From Candidatus Methylomirabilia bacterium (GTDB lineage: Bacteria; Methylomirabilota; Methylomirabilia; Rokubacteriales; CSP1-6): a DNA stretch of 35,877 nt. This document shows, piece after piece, positions 9,110 through 16,819 of this stretch. How positions within the stretch are numbered: position 1 is the stretch's first letter; every line of letters begins with the position of its first letter. Made by a program: the position numbers and the translations under genes. The stretch covers positions 1-35,877 of the forward strand of contig JBGPXN010000033.1 in the NCBI GenBank assembly GCA_041492755.1. The letters are read 5' to 3'. The notes below the pieces were generated by a model. That model searched no databases. It was not told where the DNA came from and saw only the letters and a program-made list of their open reading frames with translations.

Positions 9110-10791
9110 CGCGATCGGTCGCGCGCCTGGGATCGGCGCTGCCCGGCCTCGGCGTCGCGCTCATCTGGGCGTTCCTGCTCCTCTTCCTGGTCTATCCGGT
9201 GCTGCGCATCTTCTACGACGCGTTCAGCGACGAGGCCGGGCGGCTGACCCTGGTGAACTTCGTGGAATTCGCCCGCGACCATTTCTATCTGCGCTCGCTC
9301 TGGAACTCCATGCTGCTCGGCGTGGGGACGGTGGTCGCGACGTCGATCCTCGGCTTCGCCATCGCGTTCCTGCTCGTCCGCTACGATTTCGTGGGCCGCA
9401 ACCTCTTCAGCTACCTCACGCTCATCCCCATCATCTCGCCACCGCTGGTGGGCGTGCTCGGCTTCACCTTCATCCTGGGCCGGGCGGGGACCGTGAACGT
9501 GCTGTTGATGGACGGGTTCGACCTGATCAAGCCGATCAACTTCGTGTACGGCGTGCACGGCGTGCTGCTGGTGGAGACTCTGCACCTGTTCCCGATGATC
9601 ACGCTCAACGTGGTGGACGCGCTGGGCAAGATCGACCCGTCGCTGGAAGAAGCGGCGGAGAGCGTCGGCGCCCGGGGTTGGCGGAAGATCCGGACCATCA
9701 CGCTGCCGCTCACCACGCCCGGCTACGTCGCGGGCGCGCTCCTGGTCTTCATCTGGACGTTCTCGGACTTCGCCACCCCGCTCGTCCTCGGCGTGCACGA
9801 CCTCCTCGCCTCGCAGGCCTACCTCAACATCGTCCAGTTCGTGGACCGCCGGCTGTTCCGGATGGGCATCGTCATCTCCGCGCTCATGGTGCTGCTCGCC
9901 GTCGTGTTCCTCGTCGCCGCCCGGCGGTACGTGGCCATCAAGGACTACTCCTCGCTGTCCTACTCCCGCATCCCGCGCCGCCGGCTGAGCCCGCCGGGCC
10001 AGGCGCTGGCCGTGGGCTTCCTGTCGCTGGTGATGCTGCTGTCGTTCATTCCCTACCTCGGTGTCGCACTGGCGTCGGTGGGCAAGGGCTGGTCGCTCAC
10101 GCCGTTTCCCGTGCAGTACACGCTGCAGTACTTCGAGCGCGTGATCGTCGAGACGCCCAAGTACATCTTCAACAGCTTCCTCTACTCCGTGCTCGCGGTG
10201 CTCATGTGCATCGCGGTCGGGGTGCCGATCGCCTGGATCCTGGCCCGGACACGACTGCCGGGGCGCGACACCCTCGATGGCCTGAACACCCTCATCCTCG
10301 CCATTCCGGGCACGGCCATCGGCATCGCCTACATCCGCGCTTTCCACGTCGACGTGCCGTGGCTGGATCGGCCGTTGACGAGCTTCTGGATCATTCTGCC
10401 GCTGGTGCTCGCCATTCGACGCCTGCCCTACACGGTCCGCGGATCGTACGCCTCGCTGCTGCTGGTTCATCGCTCGCTGGAGGAAGCGGCGGCCAGTGTC
10501 GGCGCCACCGGCGTGCGCTCGTTCCGCGACGTCACGCTGCCGCTGATCTGGCGCGGCGTGCTCGTGGGCTCGCTCTTCTCGTTCATGACGTCGCTGCAGG
10601 AGGCCTCCGCGGTGTTGTTCCTGTCGCTCGGCGGATGGGAGACGATCCCGGTGGGCATCTTCACGTTCTATATCGCGGGCAGCGCGAACGAAGCGGCCGC
10701 GCTGGGCGTCGTCCTCATCGTCGTCGCCGCCGTCAGCGTGATCGCGATCAACCGGATCGCCGGCACACGCATGGGCGGGATGTTCGGCTGA
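9106..10791 (+). CDS. Fused two-domain ABC permease (FbpB/AfuB/ThiP type)
   Basis: 561 aa, multiple TM helices, two EAA loops ('LEEAAESVGA', 'LEEAAASVGA'). Confidence 0.9.
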   Translation: MTRSVARLGSALPGLGVALIWAFLLLFLVYPVLRIFYDAFSDEAGRLTLVNFVEFARDHFYLRSLWNSMLLGVGTVVATSILGFAIAFLLVRYDFVGRNLFSYLTLIPIISPPLVGVLGFTFILGRAGTVNVLLMDGFDLIKPINFVYGVHGVLLVETLHLFPMITLNVVDALGKIDPSLEEAAESVGARGWRKIRTITLPLTTPGYVAGALLVFIWTFSDFATPLVLGVHDLLASQAYLNIVQFVDRRLFRMGIVISALMVLLAVVFLVAARRYVAIKDYSSLSYSRIPRRRLSPPGQALAVGFLSLVMLLSFIPYLGVALASVGKGWSLTPFPVQYTLQYFERVIVETPKYIFNSFLYSVLAVLMCIAVGVPIAWILARTRLPGRDTLDGLNTLILAIPGTAIGIAYIRAFHVDVPWLDRPLTSFWIILPLVLAIRRLPYTVRGSYASLLLVHRSLEEAAASVGATGVRSFRDVTLPLIWRGVLVGSLFSFMTSLQEASAVLFLSLGGWETIPVGIFTFYIAGSANEAAALGVVLIVVAAVSVIAINRIAGTRMGGMFG

Positions 10792-10825
10792 ACGCACGTC
10801 AACCAAATCAGCGACTTGTCGGTTA

Positions 10826-10854
10826 TTGTGCGGCCCCGGGCCCTGTGCTAGTGT
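10826..10854 (+). promoter_or_regulatory. Putative sigma70 promoter of atpZ-I-B-E-rex
   Basis: TTGTGC (10826-10831)-17 bp-TAGTGT (10849-10854), with TG extension; ATG only 10 nt further, no SD. Confidence 0.6.
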
Positions 10855-10866
10855 TCGTCTTCACAT
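10849..10866. promoter_or_regulatory. Candidate Rex operator
   Basis: TAGTGTT-CGTC-TTCACAT vs Rex consensus TTGTGAA-N4-TTCACAA (10/14; GTG-N8-CAC core intact); rex lies in the same operon. Confidence 0.4.
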
Positions 10867-11101
10867 GGCGGCCCGCCGGCAGCCATCGACGCTTCGAGCG
10901 CTCGGCGACCTCGCGCAGGTCGGCATAACCTTCGTGGTGGCGACGGCGCTCGGGTTGGCGTCCGGCTACTACCTGGATCGCTGGCTCGGCACGAGCCCCT
11001 GGCTCCTGCTCATCGGGCTGGGGTTCGGGATCGCGGCCGGCTTCGTGAACTTCTTTCGCAGCATCAAGGCGGCAGAGCGGAGCGAGCATGACCCTGAATG
11101 A
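10865..11101 (+). CDS. AtpZ/AtpI (ATPase gene 1) family small membrane protein
   Basis: 'GYYLDRWLGTSPWLLLIGLGFGIAAGF' signature; first gene of F0 cluster. Confidence 0.85.
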   Translation: MAARRQPSTLRALGDLAQVGITFVVATALGLASGYYLDRWLGTSPWLLLIGLGFGIAAGFVNFFRSIKAAERSEHDPE

Positions 11102-11465
11102 GCTGACGTGGCGCGTGACCGCGCAGAGCGCGACCGCGCTCGCGGTGCTCGCGCTGCTGGCCGGCATCGTGGCCGGCCTTCCGACCGGCGCCGGCGTCGC
11201 CGCCGCCGGCGCGCTCACGATCCTCAACTTCCGCTGGCTGGTGCGCGGCGCGGTGGCGCTCACGTCGTCGGGCCGCGCGCCCCGCGCCGCGACGATGCTC
11301 GCGACCGGCGCGCGCTTCCTGGTGGCGTTCGGCGCGCTCGGCATCGTGCTCGCTTCCGGCCACGTGCAGCCGCTCGGCGTCATGGCCGGGTTCGTCGTGC
11401 TTCCGGTCTGCCTGATCGGGCAGGGGCTGCGCGCCTCGCGCGACATGGATTCCCAGGGTCACTGA
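11088..11465 (+). CDS. atpI: ATP synthase protein I (4-TM)
   Basis: Hydrophobic 125 aa, 'GALTILNFRWL', 'RF', directly upstream of atpB. Confidence 0.7.
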   Translation: MTLNELTWRVTAQSATALAVLALLAGIVAGLPTGAGVAAAGALTILNFRWLVRGAVALTSSGRAPRAATMLATGARFLVAFGALGIVLASGHVQPLGVMAGFVVLPVCLIGQGLRASRDMDSQGH

Positions 11466-11468
11466 CCG

Positions 11469-12245
11469 ATGGGCGCCATCGATCATCCCCCGATCTTCCA
11501 CGTGCCGGGGATTCCCGACCACGTCCTGTACACGTGGATCGTCATGGTCATCCTCGCCGCCGTCGGCTTCGCGGCCACCCGCAGCCTCTCGCTGGTGCCC
11601 CGGGGCACGCAGAACGCCCTCGAAATCGTGCTCGAGCAGTTCCTCGCCCTCATCGACGACGTCATCGGCCCCGAGGGACGGCGTTACCTGCCGTTGATCG
11701 GCACGCTCGGACTCTTCATCGTCCTCGGCAACCTCATGGGGCTGGTGCCCGGGCTGGTCGCGCCGACCGCGAACCTCAACACCACCGCCGCCTGCGCCAT
11801 CATCGTGTTCCTCGCGTATCACTGGATTGGCGTGCGCAAGCAGGGGGCGCTGAACTACTTCAAGCACTTCATGGGGCCGGTGCTGCCGCTGGCGCCGCTG
11901 ATGGTCCCGATCGAGATCTTCAGCCACCTCGCGCGCCCGCTCTCGCTCGCCCTGCGACTCTTCGGCAACATGACGGGCGGCCACATCCTGCTCGCCGTCA
12001 TCTTCTTCCTCATGGGCCTCGACGGCCTGCTCGGCTGGGCGCTCTCGGGGAGTGCGACGGGCGCGATCGCGGGCGGCCTGGGCAGTCTGCTCATGATCGC
12101 CTTCACCGTGGGGTTCCTGTACCCGCTGAAGATTCTCGTGTCGTTCCTGCAGGCGTTCATCTTCGTGATGCTGACGATGCTCTACATCGCCGGGGCGGTG
12201 GAGGAAGCCGAGCACCACTCCGAGCCACATTCCGCGCACCACTAG
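11469..12245 (+). CDS. atpB: F0F1 ATP synthase subunit a
   Basis: 'VPRGTQNALE', 'GNLMGLVPG..APTANLN', 'RPLSLALRLFGNM', 'LQAFIFVMLTMLY'. Confidence 0.96.
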   Translation: MGAIDHPPIFHVPGIPDHVLYTWIVMVILAAVGFAATRSLSLVPRGTQNALEIVLEQFLALIDDVIGPEGRRYLPLIGTLGLFIVLGNLMGLVPGLVAPTANLNTTAACAIIVFLAYHWIGVRKQGALNYFKHFMGPVLPLAPLMVPIEIFSHLARPLSLALRLFGNMTGGHILLAVIFFLMGLDGLLGWALSGSATGAIAGGLGSLLMIAFTVGFLYPLKILVSFLQAFIFVMLTMLYIAGAVEEAEHHSEPHSAHH

Positions 12246-12273
12246 CAGACCACCACCCACACAGGAGGACGGC

Positions 12274-12597
12274 GTGCGACGTTCACTGATGTTCATGGCA
12301 GTCGCAGTACTCGGGTTGCCCGGCCTGGCCTTTGCGGCGGATGCACCCGCCGGCGGGAGCTGGGTGGGGCCGTTCGCGGTCATCGCCGCCGGCGTCGGAA
12401 TGGCGATCGCTTCCGGCCTGTGCGCCCTCGGGCAGGGCAAGGCGGTGGCGGCGGCCGTGGATGCCATGGGGCGGCAGCCCGGCGCGGCCGCGCGCATCCA
12501 GACCGCAATGATCATCGGCCTGGCCCTCATCGAGTCGCTGGCCCTCTACGTCTTCGTCATCGCGGCCATCCTGTTGTTCGTCCAGCCGGTCAAGTAA
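12274..12597 (+). CDS. atpE: F0F1 ATP synthase subunit c with N-terminal extension
   Basis: RBS AGGAGG, GTG start; 'GQG', loop 'RQP', 'GLALIESLALY'. Confidence 0.95.
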   Translation: MRRSLMFMAVAVLGLPGLAFAADAPAGGSWVGPFAVIAAGVGMAIASGLCALGQGKAVAAAVDAMGRQPGAAARIQTAMIIGLALIESLALYVFVIAAILLFVQPVK

Positions 12598-12613
12598 GGC
12601 CCAACGGCATTCC

Positions 12614-12641
12614 GGTCGGGCACCCGGCGGGGTGCCCGACC
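12614..12641 (+). terminator. Perfect 12-bp GC hairpin between atpE and rex (weak terminator or mRNA stabiliser)
   Basis: GGTCGGGCACCC-GGCG-GGGTGCCCGACC followed by only a weak U tract (ACTGTTGT). Confidence 0.55.
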
Positions 12642-12651
12642 ACTGTTGTCG

Positions 12652-13305
12652 ATGGCACGCCGGCCGAGCTACCGCCTTCCGAAAATCCCGGAGATGACGG
12701 TGCGCCGTCTGTCCGTATACACACGCTGCCTGCAGCAGCTCGAGGAGGACGGCGTCAAGACCGTGTCCTCGCAGGAGTTGGCGGAGCGCTTCAACCTCAA
12801 CTCCGCCCAGGTCCGCAAGGACCTCGCGTACTTCGGCGAGTTCGGCGTGCGCGGCATCGGCTACTGCGTCTCGGGTCTCAAGGCCGAGCTGCAGAAGATC
12901 CTCGGACTCGATCGCGAGTGGCCGGTGGCGCTGGTCGGCCTCGGCAACCTGGGCTCCGCGCTGCTCGCCTATCGCGGCTTCGGACGCCAGGGCTTCCGGA
13001 TCGTCGCGATCTTCGACGACGACTCCGCCAAGATCAGTCGCGGCGAGGTCGCCGGCGTCCCGGTGTTCCCGACGGCGGATCTCACGCGCGAGATCAAGCC
13101 GCGCGGCATCCAGATGGGCATCGTCGCGGTGCCCGCCGAAGCGGCGCAGACCGTCACGGATCAGCTCGTGGCCGCGGGCATCAAAACGATTCTGAACTTC
13201 GCGCCCGCCCGCATCCGTGTCCCCCGCGAGGTTCGCCTCAAAGACGTCGACCTCTCGATCGAGCTCGAGACGCTCTCGTTCTACCTCGCCAAAGGGCCGC
13301 GATAG
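12652..13305 (+). CDS. rex: Redox-sensing transcriptional repressor Rex
   Basis: 'IPEMTVRRLSVY', 'SSQELA', 'SAQVRKDLAYFGEFGVRGIGY', 'VGLGNLGSAL', 'ILNFAP'. Confidence 0.96.
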   Translation: MARRPSYRLPKIPEMTVRRLSVYTRCLQQLEEDGVKTVSSQELAERFNLNSAQVRKDLAYFGEFGVRGIGYCVSGLKAELQKILGLDREWPVALVGLGNLGSALLAYRGFGRQGFRIVAIFDDDSAKISRGEVAGVPVFPTADLTREIKPRGIQMGIVAVPAEAAQTVTDQLVAAGIKTILNFAPARIRVPREVRLKDVDLSIELETLSFYLAKGPR

Positions 13306-13354
13306 CGCTCTGTCGGCGGCCGCCCCGCGGGAGCGTTGACCGCACGCGCGGGGG

Positions 13355-13515
13355 CGGCGGGGGTGGGGCGGGGGACCAGGTGGGGTCTCTGGCCACGATG
13401 TGGGAGGCTTCGGTCAGCCTTGGTGGAGTTCCCAATCTCCTGGGACGGTGTCCTTATCGATGGGCGGCGGGAACGGGCCGGCGAACCCACCTGGTCCCCC
13501 ACCCCGCCCCCGCCG
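13355..13515. ncRNA. Structured intergenic element bounded by 30-bp inverted repeat; candidate ncRNA / IS110-type non-coding-end remnant
   Basis: Arms 13355-13384 and 13486-13515 match at 28/30; nested helices inside (CTGGCC/GGCCGG, CGATGTGGGA/TCCTTATCG, GGCT/AGCC, TCCCA/TGGGA). Family identity is inference. Confidence 0.5.
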
Positions 13516-13609
13516 TTCCGGCGGCGGCTCCTTCGCCCGCCGCGGCGGTGGCCGCGGCGCTGGCGCGTCCGCGGGGGGAGGGGCGCGTGGTAGGTTCGAG
13601 AAGATCGCG

Positions 13610-16600
13610 ATGTTGAAGGGGTGGGACGCGTTTGATGGGCTGGCCGCGGCGTTCGCCGAGGGGTCCGTTCGTCTGCGCGCCGTCGGGCTGACGGGGGCGG
13701 CGCGCGCGCTCGTCGTGGCGGAGCTGCTGCGTGGCCGTTCGGGACCGGCGCTCGTCGTCGTCGGGACGCTGGGCGACTCGCACCGCGTGGCGCAGGATCT
13801 CCGATTTTTTGGGGCGGAGGCGGCGGAGTTTCCGGAGCAGGAGCCGCGGCTCTGGCGCGGTGGGCATCACCGGGACGCCGACGCGGAGCGCGCGGTCGTC
13901 TTGCGGCGTCTGCTCGCGGGCGATCCGGTGACGGTGGTGGCCACGGTCGCGGCGCTCGAGGTCCCGCTGGCGGCGCCGGCGCAGTTCGGAGCGGACGTCC
14001 TGCGGCTCGCCACCGGCGATAGCCTCGATCGGGAGCTGCTGATCGAATCGCTCACCGCGACGGGCTACGAGCGCGTCGACACCGTCGTCGAAGTCGGGCA
14101 GTGGAGTGTGCGGGGCGGGATCGTCGACGTCTTCTCTCCCAGCCAGACCGGCCCGGTCCGCATCGAGTTCTTCGGCGACGACATCGAGTCGATGCGGTTG
14201 TTCGATCCCACCTCGCAGCGCTCGCAGGCGGACATCCGCGAATTGGTGGTGCTGCCGCTGACGGCGGCCGATGGCAGCGAGCGCGGTCTGCTCGACTATG
14301 TGCCGGCGGCGGCGCCCATCGTCGTCGACAGCCCGGCGTTGCTCGACGTCGTGTCCGAGGAGGCGCCGGGGCGGCGGACACTGGGCGAGCGTCTGGGAGA
14401 ACGGCCGCGTCTCGAGCTGGGCGTGCTGGCGGGCGCGGCGCCGGCGCGGGCGGGGCGGCCGGTCACCGAGCTCGCGCTCGACACGCGAGGCGTCGACCAG
14501 TTCTCCGGCAAGTTCGCGGCGCTCACCGAGACGCTGGTCCGCTGGCGGGACGAGGGGTATCGCGTGCGGCTGGTGGCCGGCGACGACCGCCAGGCCGAGC
14601 ACCTCCGGCAGATCCTGTTCGAGCACGGGCTCGGGGTGTTGCGCGCGGCCGCCCTCGACGGCGAGGACGCGCTCGCCATCGTCAGTGGCGAGTGCAGCGC
14701 GGGCTTCTCCATTCCGGCGCTCGGCTTGATCGTGGTCACCGAGAACGAGGTCTTCGGCGCACGACGCCGGAGCCTGCGCCGGCCGAAGTACCAGCGCGGC
14801 TCGCCGGTCACCTCGTTCACCGATCTCGCCGTCGGCGATCTGGTCGTCCACGAGGATCACGGCATCGGCAAGTACCTCGGCCTGCGAACGATGACGGTGG
14901 GCGACCGCGACAGCGATTTCCTGCTCCTGGAGTACGCGGAGAACAATCAGCTCTACCTGCCGGTGGAGCGCCTGGAGCTCATCTCGAAGTACCTGGGCGG
15001 CGATTCCGCGGCCGCCCGACTCGATCGCCTCGGCGGCGCGACCTGGCAGCGCGTGAAGGAATCGGTGCGCGCATCGCTGCGCGAGATGGCCGAGGCGCTC
15101 CTCGAGCTGTACGCCCGGCGGGCCGTCGCCGCGCGCGACCCGTTCCCCCGCGACACCGCGTGGCAACGGGAGTTCGACACGGCGTTTCGTTTCGAGGAGA
15201 CGCCGGATCAGCTGCGCGCGATCGAAGACGTCAAACGCGACATGGAGAGCGAGAAGCCGATGGACCGGCTCGTCGCCGGCGACGTCGGCTACGGCAAGAC
15301 CGAAGTCGCGTTGCGCGGAGCGTTCAAAGCGGTCGCGGACGGCAAGCAGGTCGCGGTGCTGGTGCCGACGACGGTGCTCGCCCAGCAGCACTGGACGACC
15401 TTCACCGACCGGTTCTCGCCGTTCCCCGCCAAGGTGGAGCTGCTCTCACGCTTCCGGTCGGCGAAGGAGCAGAAGGCGGTCGTCGAGGGGCTCCGCACGG
15501 GGACGGTCGACGTCGTCATCGGCACCCATCGCCTGCTTTCCAAGGACATCGCGTTCAAGAACCTCGGCTTGCTGGTCGTGGACGAGGAGCACCGCTTCGG
15601 CGTCGTCCACAAGGAGCGCATCAAGCAGCTGCGCGCCGCGGTGGACGTCCTCGCGCTGACCGCGACGCCGATCCCCCGGACGCTCTACATGTCGCTGTCC
15701 GGCGTGCGTGACATGTCGGTGATCGAGACGGCGCCCCTGGCTCGCCTCCCCGTGGAGACGGTCATTCGCCGCTTCAGCAAGGCGATCATCAAGGAGACGA
15801 TCCAGAGCGAGCTGGATCGCGGCGGGCAGGTCTTCTTCGTCCACAACCGGATCCAGTCGCTCGGCTCGATGTATCGCTTCCTGCAAGATCTGGTGCCGGA
15901 GGCGCGCATCGTCGTCGGTCATGGTCAGATGCGCGAGCGCGAGCTCGAAGCCACCATGGTCAAGTTCGTTACCGGCCAGGCGGACGTCCTGCTCTCCACG
16001 GCGATCGTGGAATCGGGCCTCGACATCCCGACCTCCAACACCATGGTCGTCAACCGCGCCGATCGCTTCGGGCTGGCCCAGCTCTACCAGCTCCGGGGAC
16101 GCGTGGGGCGCGAGCGCCAGCAGGCGTACTGCCTGCTCCTCGTCCCGGCCGACGGCCGGGTGGACGAGCCCGCGCAGCGCCGGCTGCGGGTCCTCCAGGA
16201 GCTCACCGAGCTCGGCTCCGGCTTCAAGCTGGCGCTGCGGGACCTCGAGATCCGGGGCGCCGGGAATCTTTTGGGAGCCCAGCAGCACGGTCACATCGCC
16301 GCGGTCGGGTACGAGCTTTACTCGAAGCTTCTGGCCGAAGCCGTGCGAGAATTGCACGGCCAACCGGCTACGGCCACCGTGGACCCGGTCATCAGCGTGA
16401 AGGTGGAAGGCTTCTTGCCGGAAGATTACGTCCCCGAGGTCAACCAGCGGCTGGCCCTCTACAAGCGACTGGCCGCGGCCACCGACGACGCGGTCATCGA
16501 TGACCTTCGCGTCGAGCTGCAAGATCGGTTCGGCCCGCTGCCCGTGCCCGCCGCGCACCTGCTCGACACCGTTCGCATCCGGGTGGCCGCCCGCGCCCTC

Positions 16601-16819
16601 GGCGTGGAGCGCGTGGAAGCCGGCGACGGGAAGGCTCTCATCACGTTCTCGCCGGCCACGTCGGTCCCGCCCGAGCGGGTGGTGCGCGCGCTGCGTGACA
16701 GCCGCGGCCGCTTGAAGATGAAGCGCGAGTTCGTGGTGGAGGCCACGGTCGCGCGGGGTGAATGGCCGGCCGTCCGCGACTCGCTCCTGGCCGTGCTGGG
16801 CAGCTTCGCTCACGCATGA
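13610..16819 (+). CDS. mfd: Transcription-repair coupling factor
   Basis: UvrB-like 'SVRGGIVDVF..PVRIEFFGDDIES', RID 'VVHEDHGIGKY', 'GDVGYGKTEVA', DEEH, 'TATPIPRTL', 'QLRGRVGR', 'DLEIRGAGNLLG'; candidate extended -10 TGGTAGGTT at 13588-13596. Confidence 0.96.
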   Translation: MLKGWDAFDGLAAAFAEGSVRLRAVGLTGAARALVVAELLRGRSGPALVVVGTLGDSHRVAQDLRFFGAEAAEFPEQEPRLWRGGHHRDADAERAVVLRRLLAGDPVTVVATVAALEVPLAAPAQFGADVLRLATGDSLDRELLIESLTATGYERVDTVVEVGQWSVRGGIVDVFSPSQTGPVRIEFFGDDIESMRLFDPTSQRSQADIRELVVLPLTAADGSERGLLDYVPAAAPIVVDSPALLDVVSEEAPGRRTLGERLGERPRLELGVLAGAAPARAGRPVTELALDTRGVDQFSGKFAALTETLVRWRDEGYRVRLVAGDDRQAEHLRQILFEHGLGVLRAAALDGEDALAIVSGECSAGFSIPALGLIVVTENEVFGARRRSLRRPKYQRGSPVTSFTDLAVGDLVVHEDHGIGKYLGLRTMTVGDRDSDFLLLEYAENNQLYLPVERLELISKYLGGDSAAARLDRLGGATWQRVKESVRASLREMAEALLELYARRAVAARDPFPRDTAWQREFDTAFRFEETPDQLRAIEDVKRDMESEKPMDRLVAGDVGYGKTEVALRGAFKAVADGKQVAVLVPTTVLAQQHWTTFTDRFSPFPAKVELLSRFRSAKEQKAVVEGLRTGTVDVVIGTHRLLSKDIAFKNLGLLVVDEEHRFGVVHKERIKQLRAAVDVLALTATPIPRTLYMSLSGVRDMSVIETAPLARLPVETVIRRFSKAIIKETIQSELDRGGQVFFVHNRIQSLGSMYRFLQDLVPEARIVVGHGQMRERELEATMVKFVTGQADVLLSTAIVESGLDIPTSNTMVVNRADRFGLAQLYQLRGRVGRERQQAYCLLLVPADGRVDEPAQRRLRVLQELTELGSGFKLALRDLEIRGAGNLLGAQQHGHIAAVGYELYSKLLAEAVRELHGQPATATVDPVISVKVEGFLPEDYVPEVNQRLALYKRLAAATDDAVIDDLRVELQDRFGPLPVPAAHLLDTVRIRVAARALGVERVEAGDGKALITFSPATSVPPERVVRALRDSRGRLKMKREFVVEATVARGEWPAVRDSLLAVLGSFAHA

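Noticed and set aside
13355..13515. Element as a simple intrinsic terminator, SRP RNA or tRNA
   Set aside because: No U tract, ~100-nt structured interior, no SRP GGAA/AGCAG domain-IV motif, no cloverleaf. 6S RNA is not excluded without cmscan.
13336..13609. Small ORFs 13336-13593(+), 13281-13502(-), 13238-13435(-) and the 70-aa N-terminal extension of mfd from 13400
   Set aside because: Low-complexity Gly/Pro/Arg translations of the inverted repeat, no RBS, no transposase motifs; mfd is better started at ATG 13610.
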